Positions 1 to 10,268 are shown, numbered from the stretch's first letter. The stretch is DNA of 60,801 nucleotides from Gemmatimonadota bacterium (GCA_038041995.1 JBBTFF010000050.1:7176-67976); one strand, 5' to 3'. The notes: generated from the sequence alone by a model not told the origin. Numbers and translations: made by a program.

Positions 1-357
1 CGCTCCTCATTCGGCACCGCGTTTCTGCCCGGCAGCATATGGCTTCAGAACGCCCAGCATCCCGCCGACGTGTTGCGGGCGGCGCGGGGATTCACCTACC
101 GGAGTCCTACCGATATTTCCGGCCGGCCGAGTGCCGGAGAATCGTGCGGGGGCGTCGCGATCTACCTCGATGGCGCGTTCTTTTATGGGGGATTCAGAGA
201 GCTCGACAATATGGTTTCCGTCCGCGAAGTGCTGGCGATCGAGGCATACCCGGACGCGGCCTTCGCTCCAGTTCAATGGCGAATCGGTCGTGGGGACGGT
301 CCACGAGGATCCTTCTCTCCGTGCTCCGTCGTGGCGGTCTGGACGAAGCACAGATGA
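1..357 (+). CDS. 3' fragment (cut by window edge) of a carboxypeptidase-regulatory-like / TonB-plug-like secreted protein; tandem paralog of the next gene
   Basis: Frame 1 is open from base 1. The product ...SSFGTAFLPGSIWLQNAQHPADVLRAARGFTYRSPT...YLDGAFFYGGF...SVREVLAIEAYPD...VVAVWTKHR aligns with the C-terminus of the 354..1754 product. Stop TGA 355-357 overlaps the next ATG (ATGA). Confidence 0.75.
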   Translation, partial: RSSFGTAFLPGSIWLQNAQHPADVLRAARGFTYRSPTDISGRPSAGESCGGVAIYLDGAFFYGGFRELDNMVSVREVLAIEAYPDAAFAPVQWRIGRGDGPRGSFSPCSVVAVWTKHR

Positions 358-1754
358 CTTCCCGCTGGGGGCTGGCGTTGCTACTTGCCGCTCCGCTGGC
401 GGCGCAGAACCCGGCCTCAGCGCCACGTCATGTCGTTCAGGGTGTGGTATTCGACTCGATCGCCCGGACGCCTCTCGTGGGTGCCGTGGTGCACGTCGCA
501 TTGCGCGATTCGACCGGCCAGCCGATCAGCGCTACCACGGACTCCACCGGACATTTCCGGTTCGACGGCCTGCCGTCGGGACGGTTCGTGATCGGCTTCT
601 ACCACGACGCGCTCGGCGCGCTCGGTCTCGATGCGCCATTGCGGGCCTTTGACCTGGCGGCCGACACGCTGGTGACGGTCGACATCGGCATTCCATCCGG
701 CGCCGTGGTGCGTGCGCTGCGATGTGGTGGTGATGCCTCGGCCTCTCGCGATGGCATGCTCGCCGGCATCGTGCGGAACTCCGGCGACACGGCGTTGGCT
801 GGGGTGACGGTCACGGTCGAGTGGCGTGCCCTCGCGCTCGACGCGGGCAACTTTCATACGGTGGTGCAGCACGCGCGCACGACGGTGGCTGCGGACGGCA
901 CCTATCAGCTCTGTGGACTGCCGGACGATGCGCCACTCGGTCTCCGCGTGGCCGGTCCGGGGTATCGCGCCATTGAAGGTCAGGTCGTGGTGCCGAGCGC
1001 GGGCGTAGCACGGCAGGATGTGCGCCTGGCCGATTCGGCCGAGGTGGTCGGCACGGCGCGCGTCCGAGGGCGTGCGGTGCACGAGAACGGGAAACCCGTG
1101 GCGACGGGACGCGCGGTCATTGCGGCGCTGAAGCGTGATGTGCCGGTGAATAACGGCACCTTCCTCATGACCGACCTTCCCGTTGGCACTTGGGTCGTGG
1201 AAGTGCGGGCTATAGGGCTCGAGCCACGATCGACGCTGATCGACGCCATGGAAGCCGGGTCCACCTCCACGACGATCACGCTCGACAACCGGGCGCAACA
1301 GCTCGACGCAGTGACCGTCATTGGAACGCCGAGCCGAGACACGAAGACTCTCGACGAGGTGCTTCGCCGCCAGCGCTCCTCATTCGGCACCGCGTTTCTG
1401 CCCGGCAGCATATGGCTTCAGAACGCCCTGCATCCGGCGGACGTGTTGCGTGCGGCGCGAGGATTCACGTACCGGAGTCCTACCGAGATTTACGGCCGTT
1501 GGGTTGGTGGAAGCCCGTGTGCGTACGTCGCGGTCTATCTGGACGGAGCGTTCTTCCCCGGAGGATTCAGCGCGCTCGACGACGCGGTCTCCGTCCGCGA
1601 GGTGCTGGCGATCGAGGCATACCCGGACATTCTATCTGCCCCGTTCCAGTGGCGAATCAACCATACAATAGATGAAACTCAACTCACCATAGGCAGGCGC
1701 CCTAGGAAACCAAACAAACCGTGCGCCGTCGTGGCGGTCTGGACGAAGCACTGA
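354..1754 (+). CDS. Carboxypeptidase-regulatory-like (CarboxypepD_reg) repeat protein with C-terminal TonB-plug-like domain, secreted
   Basis: ATG 354 gives signal peptide MTSRWGLALLLAAPLAAQ. Ig-like segments follow (VVQGVVFDS...TDSTGHFRFDGLPSGRFVIGF; LAGIVRNSGDTALAGVTVTVEW; VRGRAVHENGKPV), then a plug-like tail (DAVTVIG...VLRAARGFTY...YLDGAF...VREVLAIEAYPD). The longer 39.. ORF start overlaps the upstream paralog. Confidence 0.8.
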   Translation: MTSRWGLALLLAAPLAAQNPASAPRHVVQGVVFDSIARTPLVGAVVHVALRDSTGQPISATTDSTGHFRFDGLPSGRFVIGFYHDALGALGLDAPLRAFDLAADTLVTVDIGIPSGAVVRALRCGGDASASRDGMLAGIVRNSGDTALAGVTVTVEWRALALDAGNFHTVVQHARTTVAADGTYQLCGLPDDAPLGLRVAGPGYRAIEGQVVVPSAGVARQDVRLADSAEVVGTARVRGRAVHENGKPVATGRAVIAALKRDVPVNNGTFLMTDLPVGTWVVEVRAIGLEPRSTLIDAMEAGSTSTTITLDNRAQQLDAVTVIGTPSRDTKTLDEVLRRQRSSFGTAFLPGSIWLQNALHPADVLRAARGFTYRSPTEIYGRWVGGSPCAYVAVYLDGAFFPGGFSALDDAVSVREVLAIEAYPDILSAPFQWRINHTIDETQLTIGRRPRKPNKPCAVVAVWTKH

Positions 1755-1913
1755 GGCGTCGCAGTCACGCTGTCGAAGGAACCAAAGACAGGCATTGCCC
1801 TACACCACGTCAGGGTGGTGCTGGATGGGCGCCATATCGAAACGGCCGTAAAGTTCCTGAATCCCCCCTGTCGTACCAAGTACCTGACTCTCCAATCCCA
1901 GCCCCACACCCCT

Positions 1914-4085
1914 ATGCGTCGCCTCATCGGCAACATCCGGCTTGTCGCAACAATCAGCGTTGCGCTTGCGCTCCCGGTTCTTCAACTCTCCGGCCAGGTC
2001 GCCGCGCCAAAGGCGCCGGCACGCGCAGCCGCTCCCGCCCCCCAGGTCCAGACCGGGCCGGGAGGTTGGATCAAGGAATTCGGCACGATGTGGACCTTCG
2101 ACGCACCGCCACTCGAGTACTGGAAGGGGCGCTACGGCTTCGCGCCCACCAAGGAGTGGCTCGAGCACATCCAGCTCTCCAACGTCCGCCTTCAGGGATG
2201 CTCGGCGTCCTTCGTCTCCGACAAGGGCCTGGTGATGACCAACCATCACTGCGCGCGCGGCTGCATCAGCGCATCCTCCCCGCGCGACACGAGCTACCAG
2301 GAAGCCGGCTTCGTCTCCCCGAACGAGGCGGGAGAGAAGAAGTGTGCCGGATCGACCGCCGACCAGCTCATCTCCATGGAAGACGTGACCGCCAAGGTGC
2401 GCGCCGCAGTCACCGCCAAGGTGCAGGCCGCACAGGTGGAACAACGAGACAAGGCGATCGCCGACCTGCAGACGTCGTGCCAGGCGGCGACCGGCCTGCT
2501 CTGCCAGGTGGTGACGTTCTACCAGGGCGGCAAGTATTCGCTGTACCGCTACAAGAGATATACCGACGTCCGCCTTGTGATGGCGCCCGAAGAGGGGATT
2601 TCGGCCTTCGGCGGCGACCCGGACAACTTCACCTATCCGCGCTACGACCTCGACCTCACGCTGCTCCGCGTCTACGACAAGGACCAGCCGCTGAAGACCG
2701 AGCACTACCTGCGCTGGAACTCCAACGGCGCCAAGGAAGGTGACCTCACCTTCGTCCCGGGAAACCCCGGCAGCACCGGCCGCCTGCTCACCATGGCGCA
2801 GATGGAATACCTGCGCGACGTCCAGTACCCGGCGATGCTGGCCAACTACAAGGCGCAGATCGCGCTCTACAAGGAACTCGCCGCGCAAAGCGAGGCGAAC
2901 AAGCGCCGCTATGAGAACCAGATCTTCCTTCTCGAGAACTCCCAGAAGGCGGTGACGGGTTACAACGCCGGCCTCATCGACCCGTCGATCATGGCCCGCA
3001 AGGCGGCGTTCGAGAAGGACTTCCGTTCGCGCGTCACGGCCAAGCCGGACCTGGCCGCCAAGTACGGCAAGGCGTGGGACAATATCGCCAAGGCGCAGAA
3101 GGAACTCGGCAGCTTCGCCGTGCTGCAGCAGTTCCAGGGCTTCGGCGGCGGCTCCAACCTGATGAACATGGCCGCGTGGCTTGTGCGCATTCCCGAGCAG
3201 GACAAGCTGGCCGACTCGCTCCGCCTGCCGCAGTTCCGTGCACAGGGCATGGCGCGCCTCAAGGCCCAGCTGGCACAGAACATCCCGATCGACCTCGATA
3301 CCGAGAAGCGACTGCTGGCAGTGCAGTTCACGCTGGCGCAGAAAGCCCTCCCCGCCAACGATCCGTTCCTGGCCGCCGCGCTTGGCGGCCGCAGCCCCGA
3401 GGTCGCCGCCGAAGTGTTGGTGAACGGCACCAAGCTGGGGTCGGTCGAGGCACGCAAGGCGCTCCTCGATGGCGGCGCCACCGCCATGGCCGCGAGCACC
3501 GATCCGCTGATCGTGCTGGCCCGCAAGGTGAATCCGCTGGCCACGAAGCACGCACTGCGCGCGCAGAAGCTCAACACCGCCATCAGCGCAAACGTCGAGC
3601 TGGTGGGACAGGCGATCTACGCCGCATATGGCGAGAGCATGCCGCCTGACGCGACCTTCACGCTCCGCATCAGCGACGGCGTGGTGCAGGGCTTTCCGTA
3701 CAATGGCACCATCGCGCCGTACCGCACGAGCTTCTACGGCCTGTACGCGCGCAGCGCCGAGTTCGACGACAAGCCGCCGTTCAAGCTGCCGCCGCGCTGG
3801 CACGCGGCGCGCAACACGGTCGACATGACGACGCCGATGGACTTCGTGCTCACGGCCGACATCATTGGCGGCAACTCCGGCAGCCCGGTGATTAACCGCG
3901 CCGGCGAGGTAGTTGGGCTGATTTTCGACGGCAACATCGAGAGCCTGCCAAACCGGTTCATCTTTACCGACGAGGTTGCGCGGGCGGTGGCCGTGCACAC
4001 CAGGGGCATCGTCGAGGCGCTTCGCAGGGTGTACGGCGCTTCGCGGCTGGCCGATGAGGTGGAAACGGCCGGAGCAAAGAAGTAG
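1914..4085 (+). CDS. Peptidase family S46 (DPP7/DPP11-like dipeptidyl-peptidase), secreted
   Basis: Signal peptide from ATG 1914 (MRRLIGNIRLVATISVALALPVLQLSG). S46 hallmarks present: GLVMTNHHCARGCI (catalytic His region) and IIGGNSGSPVINRAGEVVGLIFDGN (catalytic Ser). Confidence 0.9.
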   Translation: MRRLIGNIRLVATISVALALPVLQLSGQVAAPKAPARAAAPAPQVQTGPGGWIKEFGTMWTFDAPPLEYWKGRYGFAPTKEWLEHIQLSNVRLQGCSASFVSDKGLVMTNHHCARGCISASSPRDTSYQEAGFVSPNEAGEKKCAGSTADQLISMEDVTAKVRAAVTAKVQAAQVEQRDKAIADLQTSCQAATGLLCQVVTFYQGGKYSLYRYKRYTDVRLVMAPEEGISAFGGDPDNFTYPRYDLDLTLLRVYDKDQPLKTEHYLRWNSNGAKEGDLTFVPGNPGSTGRLLTMAQMEYLRDVQYPAMLANYKAQIALYKELAAQSEANKRRYENQIFLLENSQKAVTGYNAGLIDPSIMARKAAFEKDFRSRVTAKPDLAAKYGKAWDNIAKAQKELGSFAVLQQFQGFGGGSNLMNMAAWLVRIPEQDKLADSLRLPQFRAQGMARLKAQLAQNIPIDLDTEKRLLAVQFTLAQKALPANDPFLAAALGGRSPEVAAEVLVNGTKLGSVEARKALLDGGATAMAASTDPLIVLARKVNPLATKHALRAQKLNTAISANVELVGQAIYAAYGESMPPDATFTLRISDGVVQGFPYNGTIAPYRTSFYGLYARSAEFDDKPPFKLPPRWHAARNTVDMTTPMDFVLTADIIGGNSGSPVINRAGEVVGLIFDGNIESLPNRFIFTDEVARAVAVHTRGIVEALRRVYGASRLADEVETAGAKK

Positions 4086-4193
4086 GACGGCGCTGACGCC
4101 ACGGCGCCTTCGGCGCAGGCCACTTCGGCGCGAGCCACTCGCCCCGCCCGCCATTTGATGCCAAGATGGTAGGCAGCAAAACACGAGGCGACC

Positions 4194-6410
4194 ATGGCAA
4201 CCGTGGCGAAGTCGGCAGCCGGCGCGGGAACCCGCGCCGGTGATCTCTGGGGCGGACTGGCAGCAATGCTGGTCGCGCTCCCCTCGTCCATCGCGTTCGG
4301 CGTGCTGGTGTACAGCGCGATCTCTCCCGATCAGGCGGGTGCGGGCGCGCTGGCCGGCATCCTCGGCGCCGCGACGCTCGGCATCGTCGCGCCCCTCGTC
4401 GGGAGAAACGGCGGCTTCATCACCGCACCCTGCGCACCGGCGGCGGCTATCCTCTCTGCCCTCGCCGCCCAGTTCGTGGCGCGAGGCAGCATCTCCCCCG
4501 AACGCATTGTCGCGCTTCTCGGACTCACCGCGCTGCTGTCCGCCCTTTTCCAGCTCGGCTTCGGTTTCGCCCGCGTCGGCCGCCTCATCAAGTTCATCCC
4601 ATATCAGGTGGTCAGCGGCTACCTCTCCGGTGTCGCCGTGATCATTGCGCTCGGTCAGTTGCCAAAACTGCTCGGGCTTCCCAAGAAGGTTCACCTGCTC
4701 GAGGGGCTCGGCTCCCCCGATCTATGGAACTGGACCGGCATTGCCGTCGGCCTGGTCACGATCGTCGCCACGTTGAGCGCACCGAAGTTGACGGAGAAGG
4801 TCCCGGCGGCCATTGTCGGACTGACCGCCGGCATCCTCGCCTATTTCGCGCTCGCGTTCTTCGACGGCACGCTGCTCACGCTTGCCGGCAATCGGCTGGT
4901 CATCGGGCCCATCGTGACGTCCGGTTCGTTCATCGGCGCCGTCGGCGCGCGCGCGTCCTCGCTGCTGCACATCGGCCCGTCCGACGTCGCCTTGGTGCTG
5001 TCTTCGGCGCTCACGCTCGCCGTGTTGCTGTCCATCGACACGCTCAAGACCGGCGTGGTGCTCGACGCGCTGGTGCGCCGCCGTCACAACTCCAACCGCG
5101 AACTGATCGGACAGGGCACCGCCAATCTTGCGACGTTCTTCGTCGGCGGCATGGCCGGCGCCGGGACCATGGGTGCAACGCTGATGAATGTCACCAGCGG
5201 TGGCCGCAGCACGCTGTCAGGCATTGCCGAGGGCGTCTTCGTGCTGCTGGCCTTCCTCGTGCTGGGTGGCTTGATCGCGTGGGTGCCCATCGGCGCGCTC
5301 GCCGGTATCCTGCTCGTGGTGGCGTGGAAGATGTTCGACAGCAGTATCTTTCGGCTCGCCCTGCGCCCGTCGACCCGCGTCGACTTTGCCGTCATCCTCA
5401 CCGTGGTGGCCGTGGCGCAGGTTGGCCTCATCGCCGCCTCGGCGACGGGCATCTTCCTTGCGATCCTGCTCTTCATCCGCGACCAGGCGCGCAGCTCCGT
5501 AATCGCGAACAAGCGCGATCTCCGGGCCGTGCACTCCAAGCGCCGCCGCCTGCTCGCCGAGTCGGAGATTCTTGACGCGCACGGCGACGACGCCATCGTG
5601 GTGCAGCTGCACGGCAACCTGTTCTTCGGCACCACCGACCAGCTCTTTTCCGAGCTGGAGCAGGACCTCTCCAGGCGCCGCTTCATCCTGTTCGACCTGC
5701 GTCGCGTCAGGTCCATGGACTACACAGCCGCGCATCTGTTCGAGCAGATGAAGGCGCGCCTGGCCGACAGCGGTGGGGAGTTGCTGTTCAGCCACCTGCC
5801 CTCCGGCCTGGCCACGAGTCACGACGTAGAGGAGTACATGGCCCATCTCGGCCTGGTGCGCGGGGGCACGGGCATCCGCGTCTTCGATTCCCGCGACGGC
5901 GCCATCGAGTGGATCGAGGACCAGGTCCTCGAAGCGCACGGATGGACGCCGGAGGAAGAAGGGGAGGCGCTCGCCCTCGGCGCGATTGAGGTATTCAGTG
6001 AATTTGACGATGCGACCATCACCGAGCTCTCGGGCGCCGTGAGCACCATGAGCGTTCCGGCGGGTGGCACAATTTGCTCACAGGGCGACGTCGGCGACGA
6101 GCTCTTTCTCGTGCGCAGCGGACGCGTGAGCGCGCTGCTCCCGCTGGAGGCGGGCAAGCGCCACCACGTGGCCACGTTCTGCCGGGGTGACTTCTTCGGC
6201 GAGATGGCCTTCATCGACCAGGAGCCGCGCTCCGCCAGTGTCCAGGCGGTCACGCCGACCGAGTTATTCCTGCTCTCGCGCGCGCGTTTCGACGCGCTGG
6301 TGACCAGAGACCCTGCGCTTGGCGGGATCATCTTCGAGCGGCTGGCGATCGCCATATCCAAGCGCCTGCGTTCGGCCGACACCGAACTCCGGGTGCTCGA
6401 AGAACGCTAG
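4194..6410 (+). CDS. SulP-family anion transporter fused to STAS and a cyclic-nucleotide-binding domain
   Basis: Polytopic N-terminal ~480 aa typical of SulP. A STAS-like segment follows (IVVQLHGNLFFGTTDQLFSELE...FILFDLRRVRSMDYTAAHLF). The C-terminal cNMP-binding fold carries FFGEMAFID...RSASVQA. Confidence 0.85.
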   Translation: MATVAKSAAGAGTRAGDLWGGLAAMLVALPSSIAFGVLVYSAISPDQAGAGALAGILGAATLGIVAPLVGRNGGFITAPCAPAAAILSALAAQFVARGSISPERIVALLGLTALLSALFQLGFGFARVGRLIKFIPYQVVSGYLSGVAVIIALGQLPKLLGLPKKVHLLEGLGSPDLWNWTGIAVGLVTIVATLSAPKLTEKVPAAIVGLTAGILAYFALAFFDGTLLTLAGNRLVIGPIVTSGSFIGAVGARASSLLHIGPSDVALVLSSALTLAVLLSIDTLKTGVVLDALVRRRHNSNRELIGQGTANLATFFVGGMAGAGTMGATLMNVTSGGRSTLSGIAEGVFVLLAFLVLGGLIAWVPIGALAGILLVVAWKMFDSSIFRLALRPSTRVDFAVILTVVAVAQVGLIAASATGIFLAILLFIRDQARSSVIANKRDLRAVHSKRRRLLAESEILDAHGDDAIVVQLHGNLFFGTTDQLFSELEQDLSRRRFILFDLRRVRSMDYTAAHLFEQMKARLADSGGELLFSHLPSGLATSHDVEEYMAHLGLVRGGTGIRVFDSRDGAIEWIEDQVLEAHGWTPEEEGEALALGAIEVFSEFDDATITELSGAVSTMSVPAGGTICSQGDVGDELFLVRSGRVSALLPLEAGKRHHVATFCRGDFFGEMAFIDQEPRSASVQAVTPTELFLLSRARFDALVTRDPALGGIIFERLAIAISKRLRSADTELRVLEER

Positions 6411-6495
6411 AACGACGGCGACGGGGCCGCCCGGATCGCAGCGAGTGCGCAAGCCACAGGCGCAGCTCGCCAGCGACCGTCTGACTGTCCGCGGT

Positions 6496-8073
6496 TCAGG
6501 GCGCCATCGGTAGCCATGCGCGCAGCTGCTGGCGTTGCGCATCGGTGGCGTCGGGGCGGAGTTCGAGCGCCCACGCACCCGCGGCGGAACCACCACTCGA
6601 TCCGAAGCGCAGGCCGAACCAGTCGAGCGCCTCCGTATAGTCCAACTCCTCGGTCGAGGTCAGCGTCTTCCGGAAGAAGTCGGCAAGGTCCACGCCGGCG
6701 ATTTCGGCGGCGGCGTTCTGGAACTCCTGCGCCGTGAAGCCTCGTGCCGCCGAGTGCCGACGGTAGGCAAGACGCATCACGTCATCGAGGCTCCGTCGCC
6801 CGGCCGTCACCCGTCGGATACGCGCGTCGAGCAGGAACCCCACCACTGGGCCTTTTTCGTAATAGTTGATCGTGGTCGTGGAGTCTCGACCCACTCCCGA
6901 GGTGCCGCCGCTCCATACCTCGAGCGACGACTGCTCGAGCGTCTGGACGAGGCGCCCCGGCGCGTTCTGCACGTGCGCAATGTGCGTCGACAGCGTGGCA
7001 AGCGCGTCAGCCGTTGAGGCAAGTCCGCTGCGCTGCACCATCAGCTCGCCGTAGTAGCTGGTGAGGCCCTCTGAGATCCAGAGACTCCCCGTGCGGGGCG
7101 GGTGCTCGTAGTCGAACGGCCCGAGTTCCACGGGACGAAGGCGCTTGACGTTCATCGCGTGAAAGTACTCGTGGCTGACGAACTCCAGCCACGACAGGTA
7201 GCCGCGCGGCGTCGACACGCGTGTCGCGTTCGACGTCAGAAGCGTCGAGTTCAGGTGCTCGAGCCCGCCGCCGCCGCGCCGGAACAGGTTGAGGAAGACA
7301 TATCGCCGGTACGGGAGCGTTCCCCAGAAGCGCCGGTGCTGTTCGACGATCGTCGCAAGGTTGCGCGCCGCGCGTGCGCCGTTCCATACGCCCATGTCGC
7401 CGGCGCTCACCAGGTAGTGCCGGCTGCCGTCTACCGTGAACTCCCGGACATCGAGGTCGCCAGCGACGATCGGAGAGTCCACCAATTCGTCGTAGTCGCG
7501 CGCGCGGTAGTGGTTGGGCTTGCCGTCCGGCGCCGGCGCGAGCGACGTCATCGACCGCTTCCACAACCCCGCCAGTTCGAGGTGCACCTCGTGCGGGCGA
7601 GACGCACCGTCGGCAAGGGTGACGAATGTCGGTGCGCCGTTCAGCACGGCCAGCGTGTCGTCCACCCAGTTGGTGGTGACCGAACGTTCCTGGCTCGTCA
7701 CCTGGTACGTGACGACCACCGCCGGCCGCCGGCCGGTGAAGATGCGCCAGCGGTTCGGTGCGGGTTGCGTCACCCGGAGCGAGGTACCGTCCGGCGCGCG
7801 TACCGCGATGTCGTGCAGTCGCGTGGCGTAGCGTTCCTCGCGATAGAAACCTGGCGTCCACACCGCCATCATCAACTCGACCGAGTCGCGACGCTCCGTT
7901 GGCACCGTGGCTTCCACCTGCGCCTGGTGCGTGGCGGGCTGCGGCGCCCTCACGATGTAGACGATGGGGGCGAGGCGCTGTGCGTGCGCTGGGCACGCCG
8001 CGAGTGCGGCTGCCACCGCCACCGCGCATGCCACGAGCCGCACGCGAGGGGCAGGCCGGGTCAGTGCACGCAT
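6496..8073 (-). CDS. M61-family (glycyl aminopeptidase-like) zinc metallopeptidase, secreted
   Basis: Signal peptide MRALTRPAPRVRLVACAVAVAAALAACPAHA. The HExxH block SHEYFHAMNVKRLRPVELGPFDY matches the M61 HEFFHxWNVKRIRP signature. Confidence 0.85.
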   Translation of the reverse strand: MRALTRPAPRVRLVACAVAVAAALAACPAHAQRLAPIVYIVRAPQPATHQAQVEATVPTERRDSVELMMAVWTPGFYREERYATRLHDIAVRAPDGTSLRVTQPAPNRWRIFTGRRPAVVVTYQVTSQERSVTTNWVDDTLAVLNGAPTFVTLADGASRPHEVHLELAGLWKRSMTSLAPAPDGKPNHYRARDYDELVDSPIVAGDLDVREFTVDGSRHYLVSAGDMGVWNGARAARNLATIVEQHRRFWGTLPYRRYVFLNLFRRGGGGLEHLNSTLLTSNATRVSTPRGYLSWLEFVSHEYFHAMNVKRLRPVELGPFDYEHPPRTGSLWISEGLTSYYGELMVQRSGLASTADALATLSTHIAHVQNAPGRLVQTLEQSSLEVWSGGTSGVGRDSTTTINYYEKGPVVGFLLDARIRRVTAGRRSLDDVMRLAYRRHSAARGFTAQEFQNAAAEIAGVDLADFFRKTLTSTEELDYTEALDWFGLRFGSSGGSAAGAWALELRPDATDAQRQQLRAWLPMAP

Positions 8074-8268
8074 GATCGTCGCTCCGGAACAAGCCGGCCG
8101 GGGGGTGCATGCAGCTTCTCCCGCACAGCGTTCCGGCGCAAGGCATGCAACTCGGCGTCAGGGTGGGAGCGGGCCAGCCCGGTCGTCCGCTGGTGGCCCG
8201 GACGATGGACCAGCGGCATCTTTCTCCCCGCCGATTCGACTCCCCCGTGACCGAGGTTTCGACGCCCC

Positions 8269-10263
8269 ATGCGCTTAATACTCCCCTGCCTCTGCCTCTT
8301 CGCGGTTAGCGCTACGTTGCCGGCCCAAGCCAGGCGCGCCGTGCGCGCCACCGACATCTACCGGCTTCGTGACGTCGGCGACCCGCGCATCTCCCCTGAC
8401 GGTGAATGGATCGCCTACACGGTCACCACCGTCGATTCCACCAAGGACAAGAGCGACAGCGATGTCTGGATGGTCAAGTGGGACGGATCGCGCACCGTGC
8501 GGCTCACCAATTCACCGGAAAACGAGGGAAGTCCGCGCTGGAGCCCCGACGGCCGTTACCTGTCGTTCGTTTCGGGGCGGTTCGAGTCAAAAGGCGGGCA
8601 AGTCTGGCTGCTCGATCGTGCCGGTGGCGAAGCGGTACGGCTCACGGAACTCAAGGGCGGCGTCGCCGCTCACGAGTGGTCGCCCGATGGCACGCGCATC
8701 GCCATTGTCTCGCACGAACCCGACCCTGAAGAATCCAAGCCCGACAGCGTGAAGGCCAAGAACCCCAAACCGATCGTCATCGACCGTTACCACTTCAAGC
8801 GGGACGGCGATGGCTACCTCGACCATCGCCGCGACCACATTCACGTCGTCGATGTGGCGACGAAGAAGGCCGAACAGGTCACGACCGGCGATTTCGATGA
8901 TTCCACGCCGCGTTGGTCGCCGGATGGCAAGCGCCTCGCGTTTGTCTCGCGCCGCGGCACCGATCCTGACCGCGAGAACAACACCGACGTCTTCGTGGTC
9001 GATGCGCGCGCTGGCGCCGAACCGTTGCGCCTCACCTCCTGGGCGGGCCCCGACGACACGCCGGTGTGGAGCCCGGACGGCAGGCAGATCGCCTACCTGC
9101 AGGGGAGCGAGCCGCAGCTCTATGCCTACAGCCAGGACCAGCTGGCCATCGTCGCCAGCACGGGCGGCACACCGCGCCTTCTCACCACCGCGCTCGATCG
9201 CGATGTCTCCGACCCCACGTGGGCGCGCGACGGCCAGTCGATCACCGTGCTGGTCCCCGACGATCGCGCGGTCTACGTCGCGTCCGTCGCACTCGCTGAT
9301 GGACGAGTCACCCGGACCCTGGAAGGACGCCGCGTCGTCCTCGGCGTCGACGCGGCGCCCGGCGGACGCACGATTGCCCGTGCGGCCACCGCCCTGCATT
9401 CCCCGGAGGTCTTCACGCTCGAGGGCAGCACGTTGCGCGCGCTGACGCACGTCAACGACTCGCTCTTCAATTCACTGCAACTCGGCACGACCGAGGACGT
9501 GTCGTTCAAGAACAAGGACGGCCTCACGGTCGGCGCGTTGCTCGTGAAACCGGCCAACTTCGCGCCAAACACCAGATACCCGCTCGTCCTCCGCATACAC
9601 GGCGGTCCCAACGGCCAGGACGCACACCAGTTCTCGCTCGAACGCGAACTCCTCGCGGCGCAGGGCTACCTGGTGCTCGCCGTGAACTACCGCGGCAGCA
9701 GTGGTCGCGGGCAGGCGTGGAAGAAGGCGATCTACGCCGACTGGGGAAACAAGGAAGTGCAGGATCTCCTCGCTGGCGTCGACCACGTCATCGCATTGGG
9801 CAGCGCCGACCCAAGCCGTCTCGGCCTCGGCGGCTGGTCCTACGGCGGCATCCTCACCGACTACACCATCGCCACCACCACGCGCTTCAAGGCGGCCACC
9901 AGCGGCGCGGGCAGCGCGTTGCAGTCGACGATGTACGGCTCCGACCAGTACATCTATCAGTACGAGAAGGAACTGGGCGCGCCGTGGCAGAACCCGAAGG
10001 CGTGGGAAAAGGTCTCCTACCCCTTCTGGCACGCCGACCGGATCAAGACCCCCACGCTCTTTCTCGGCGGCGAAAAGGACTTCAACGTCCCCATCGCCGG
10101 CAGCGAGCAGATGTACCAGGCGCTCAAGTCGCAGGGTATCGACACTCAGTTGATCGTCTATCCGGGGCAGAACCACGGCATCACGCGCCCATCGTACGTG
10201 CGCGACCGACTGGAACGCTACGTGGGGTGGTACGACAAGTATCTGCGTCCTGCGACGCCCTGA
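8269..10263 (+). CDS. S9-family serine peptidase (prolyl oligopeptidase / acylaminoacyl-peptidase type) with N-terminal beta-propeller
   Basis: Signal peptide MRLILPCLCLFAVSATLPAQA. TolB-like propeller repeats are present (ISPDGEWIAY, WSPDGRYLSF, WSPDGTRIAI, WSPDGKRLAF, WSPDGRQIAY). The alpha/beta-hydrolase part carries GLGGWSYGG (Ser), GEKDFNVP (Asp) and GQNHGI (His). Confidence 0.9.
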   Translation: MRLILPCLCLFAVSATLPAQARRAVRATDIYRLRDVGDPRISPDGEWIAYTVTTVDSTKDKSDSDVWMVKWDGSRTVRLTNSPENEGSPRWSPDGRYLSFVSGRFESKGGQVWLLDRAGGEAVRLTELKGGVAAHEWSPDGTRIAIVSHEPDPEESKPDSVKAKNPKPIVIDRYHFKRDGDGYLDHRRDHIHVVDVATKKAEQVTTGDFDDSTPRWSPDGKRLAFVSRRGTDPDRENNTDVFVVDARAGAEPLRLTSWAGPDDTPVWSPDGRQIAYLQGSEPQLYAYSQDQLAIVASTGGTPRLLTTALDRDVSDPTWARDGQSITVLVPDDRAVYVASVALADGRVTRTLEGRRVVLGVDAAPGGRTIARAATALHSPEVFTLEGSTLRALTHVNDSLFNSLQLGTTEDVSFKNKDGLTVGALLVKPANFAPNTRYPLVLRIHGGPNGQDAHQFSLERELLAAQGYLVLAVNYRGSSGRGQAWKKAIYADWGNKEVQDLLAGVDHVIALGSADPSRLGLGGWSYGGILTDYTIATTTRFKAATSGAGSALQSTMYGSDQYIYQYEKELGAPWQNPKAWEKVSYPFWHADRIKTPTLFLGGEKDFNVPIAGSEQMYQALKSQGIDTQLIVYPGQNHGITRPSYVRDRLERYVGWYDKYLRPATP

Positions 10264-10268
10264 TTCAC

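Noticed and set aside
39-353. Long 5' extensions of ORF-track entries: 39..353, 9717..10268, 12153..12500, 45485..45610, 49099..49884 and 41988..42032
   Set aside because: The extensions overlap upstream genes or the tRNA and precede obvious signal peptides or conserved N-termini. I used the internal starts instead.
1800-4694. 964-aa ORF on the minus strand spanning the S46 peptidase and the start of SulP
   Set aside because: It is antisense to two genes with strong family motifs. Its product is Arg/Gly/Ala/His-rich low-complexity sequence without motifs, typical of a stop-poor shadow frame in high-GC DNA.
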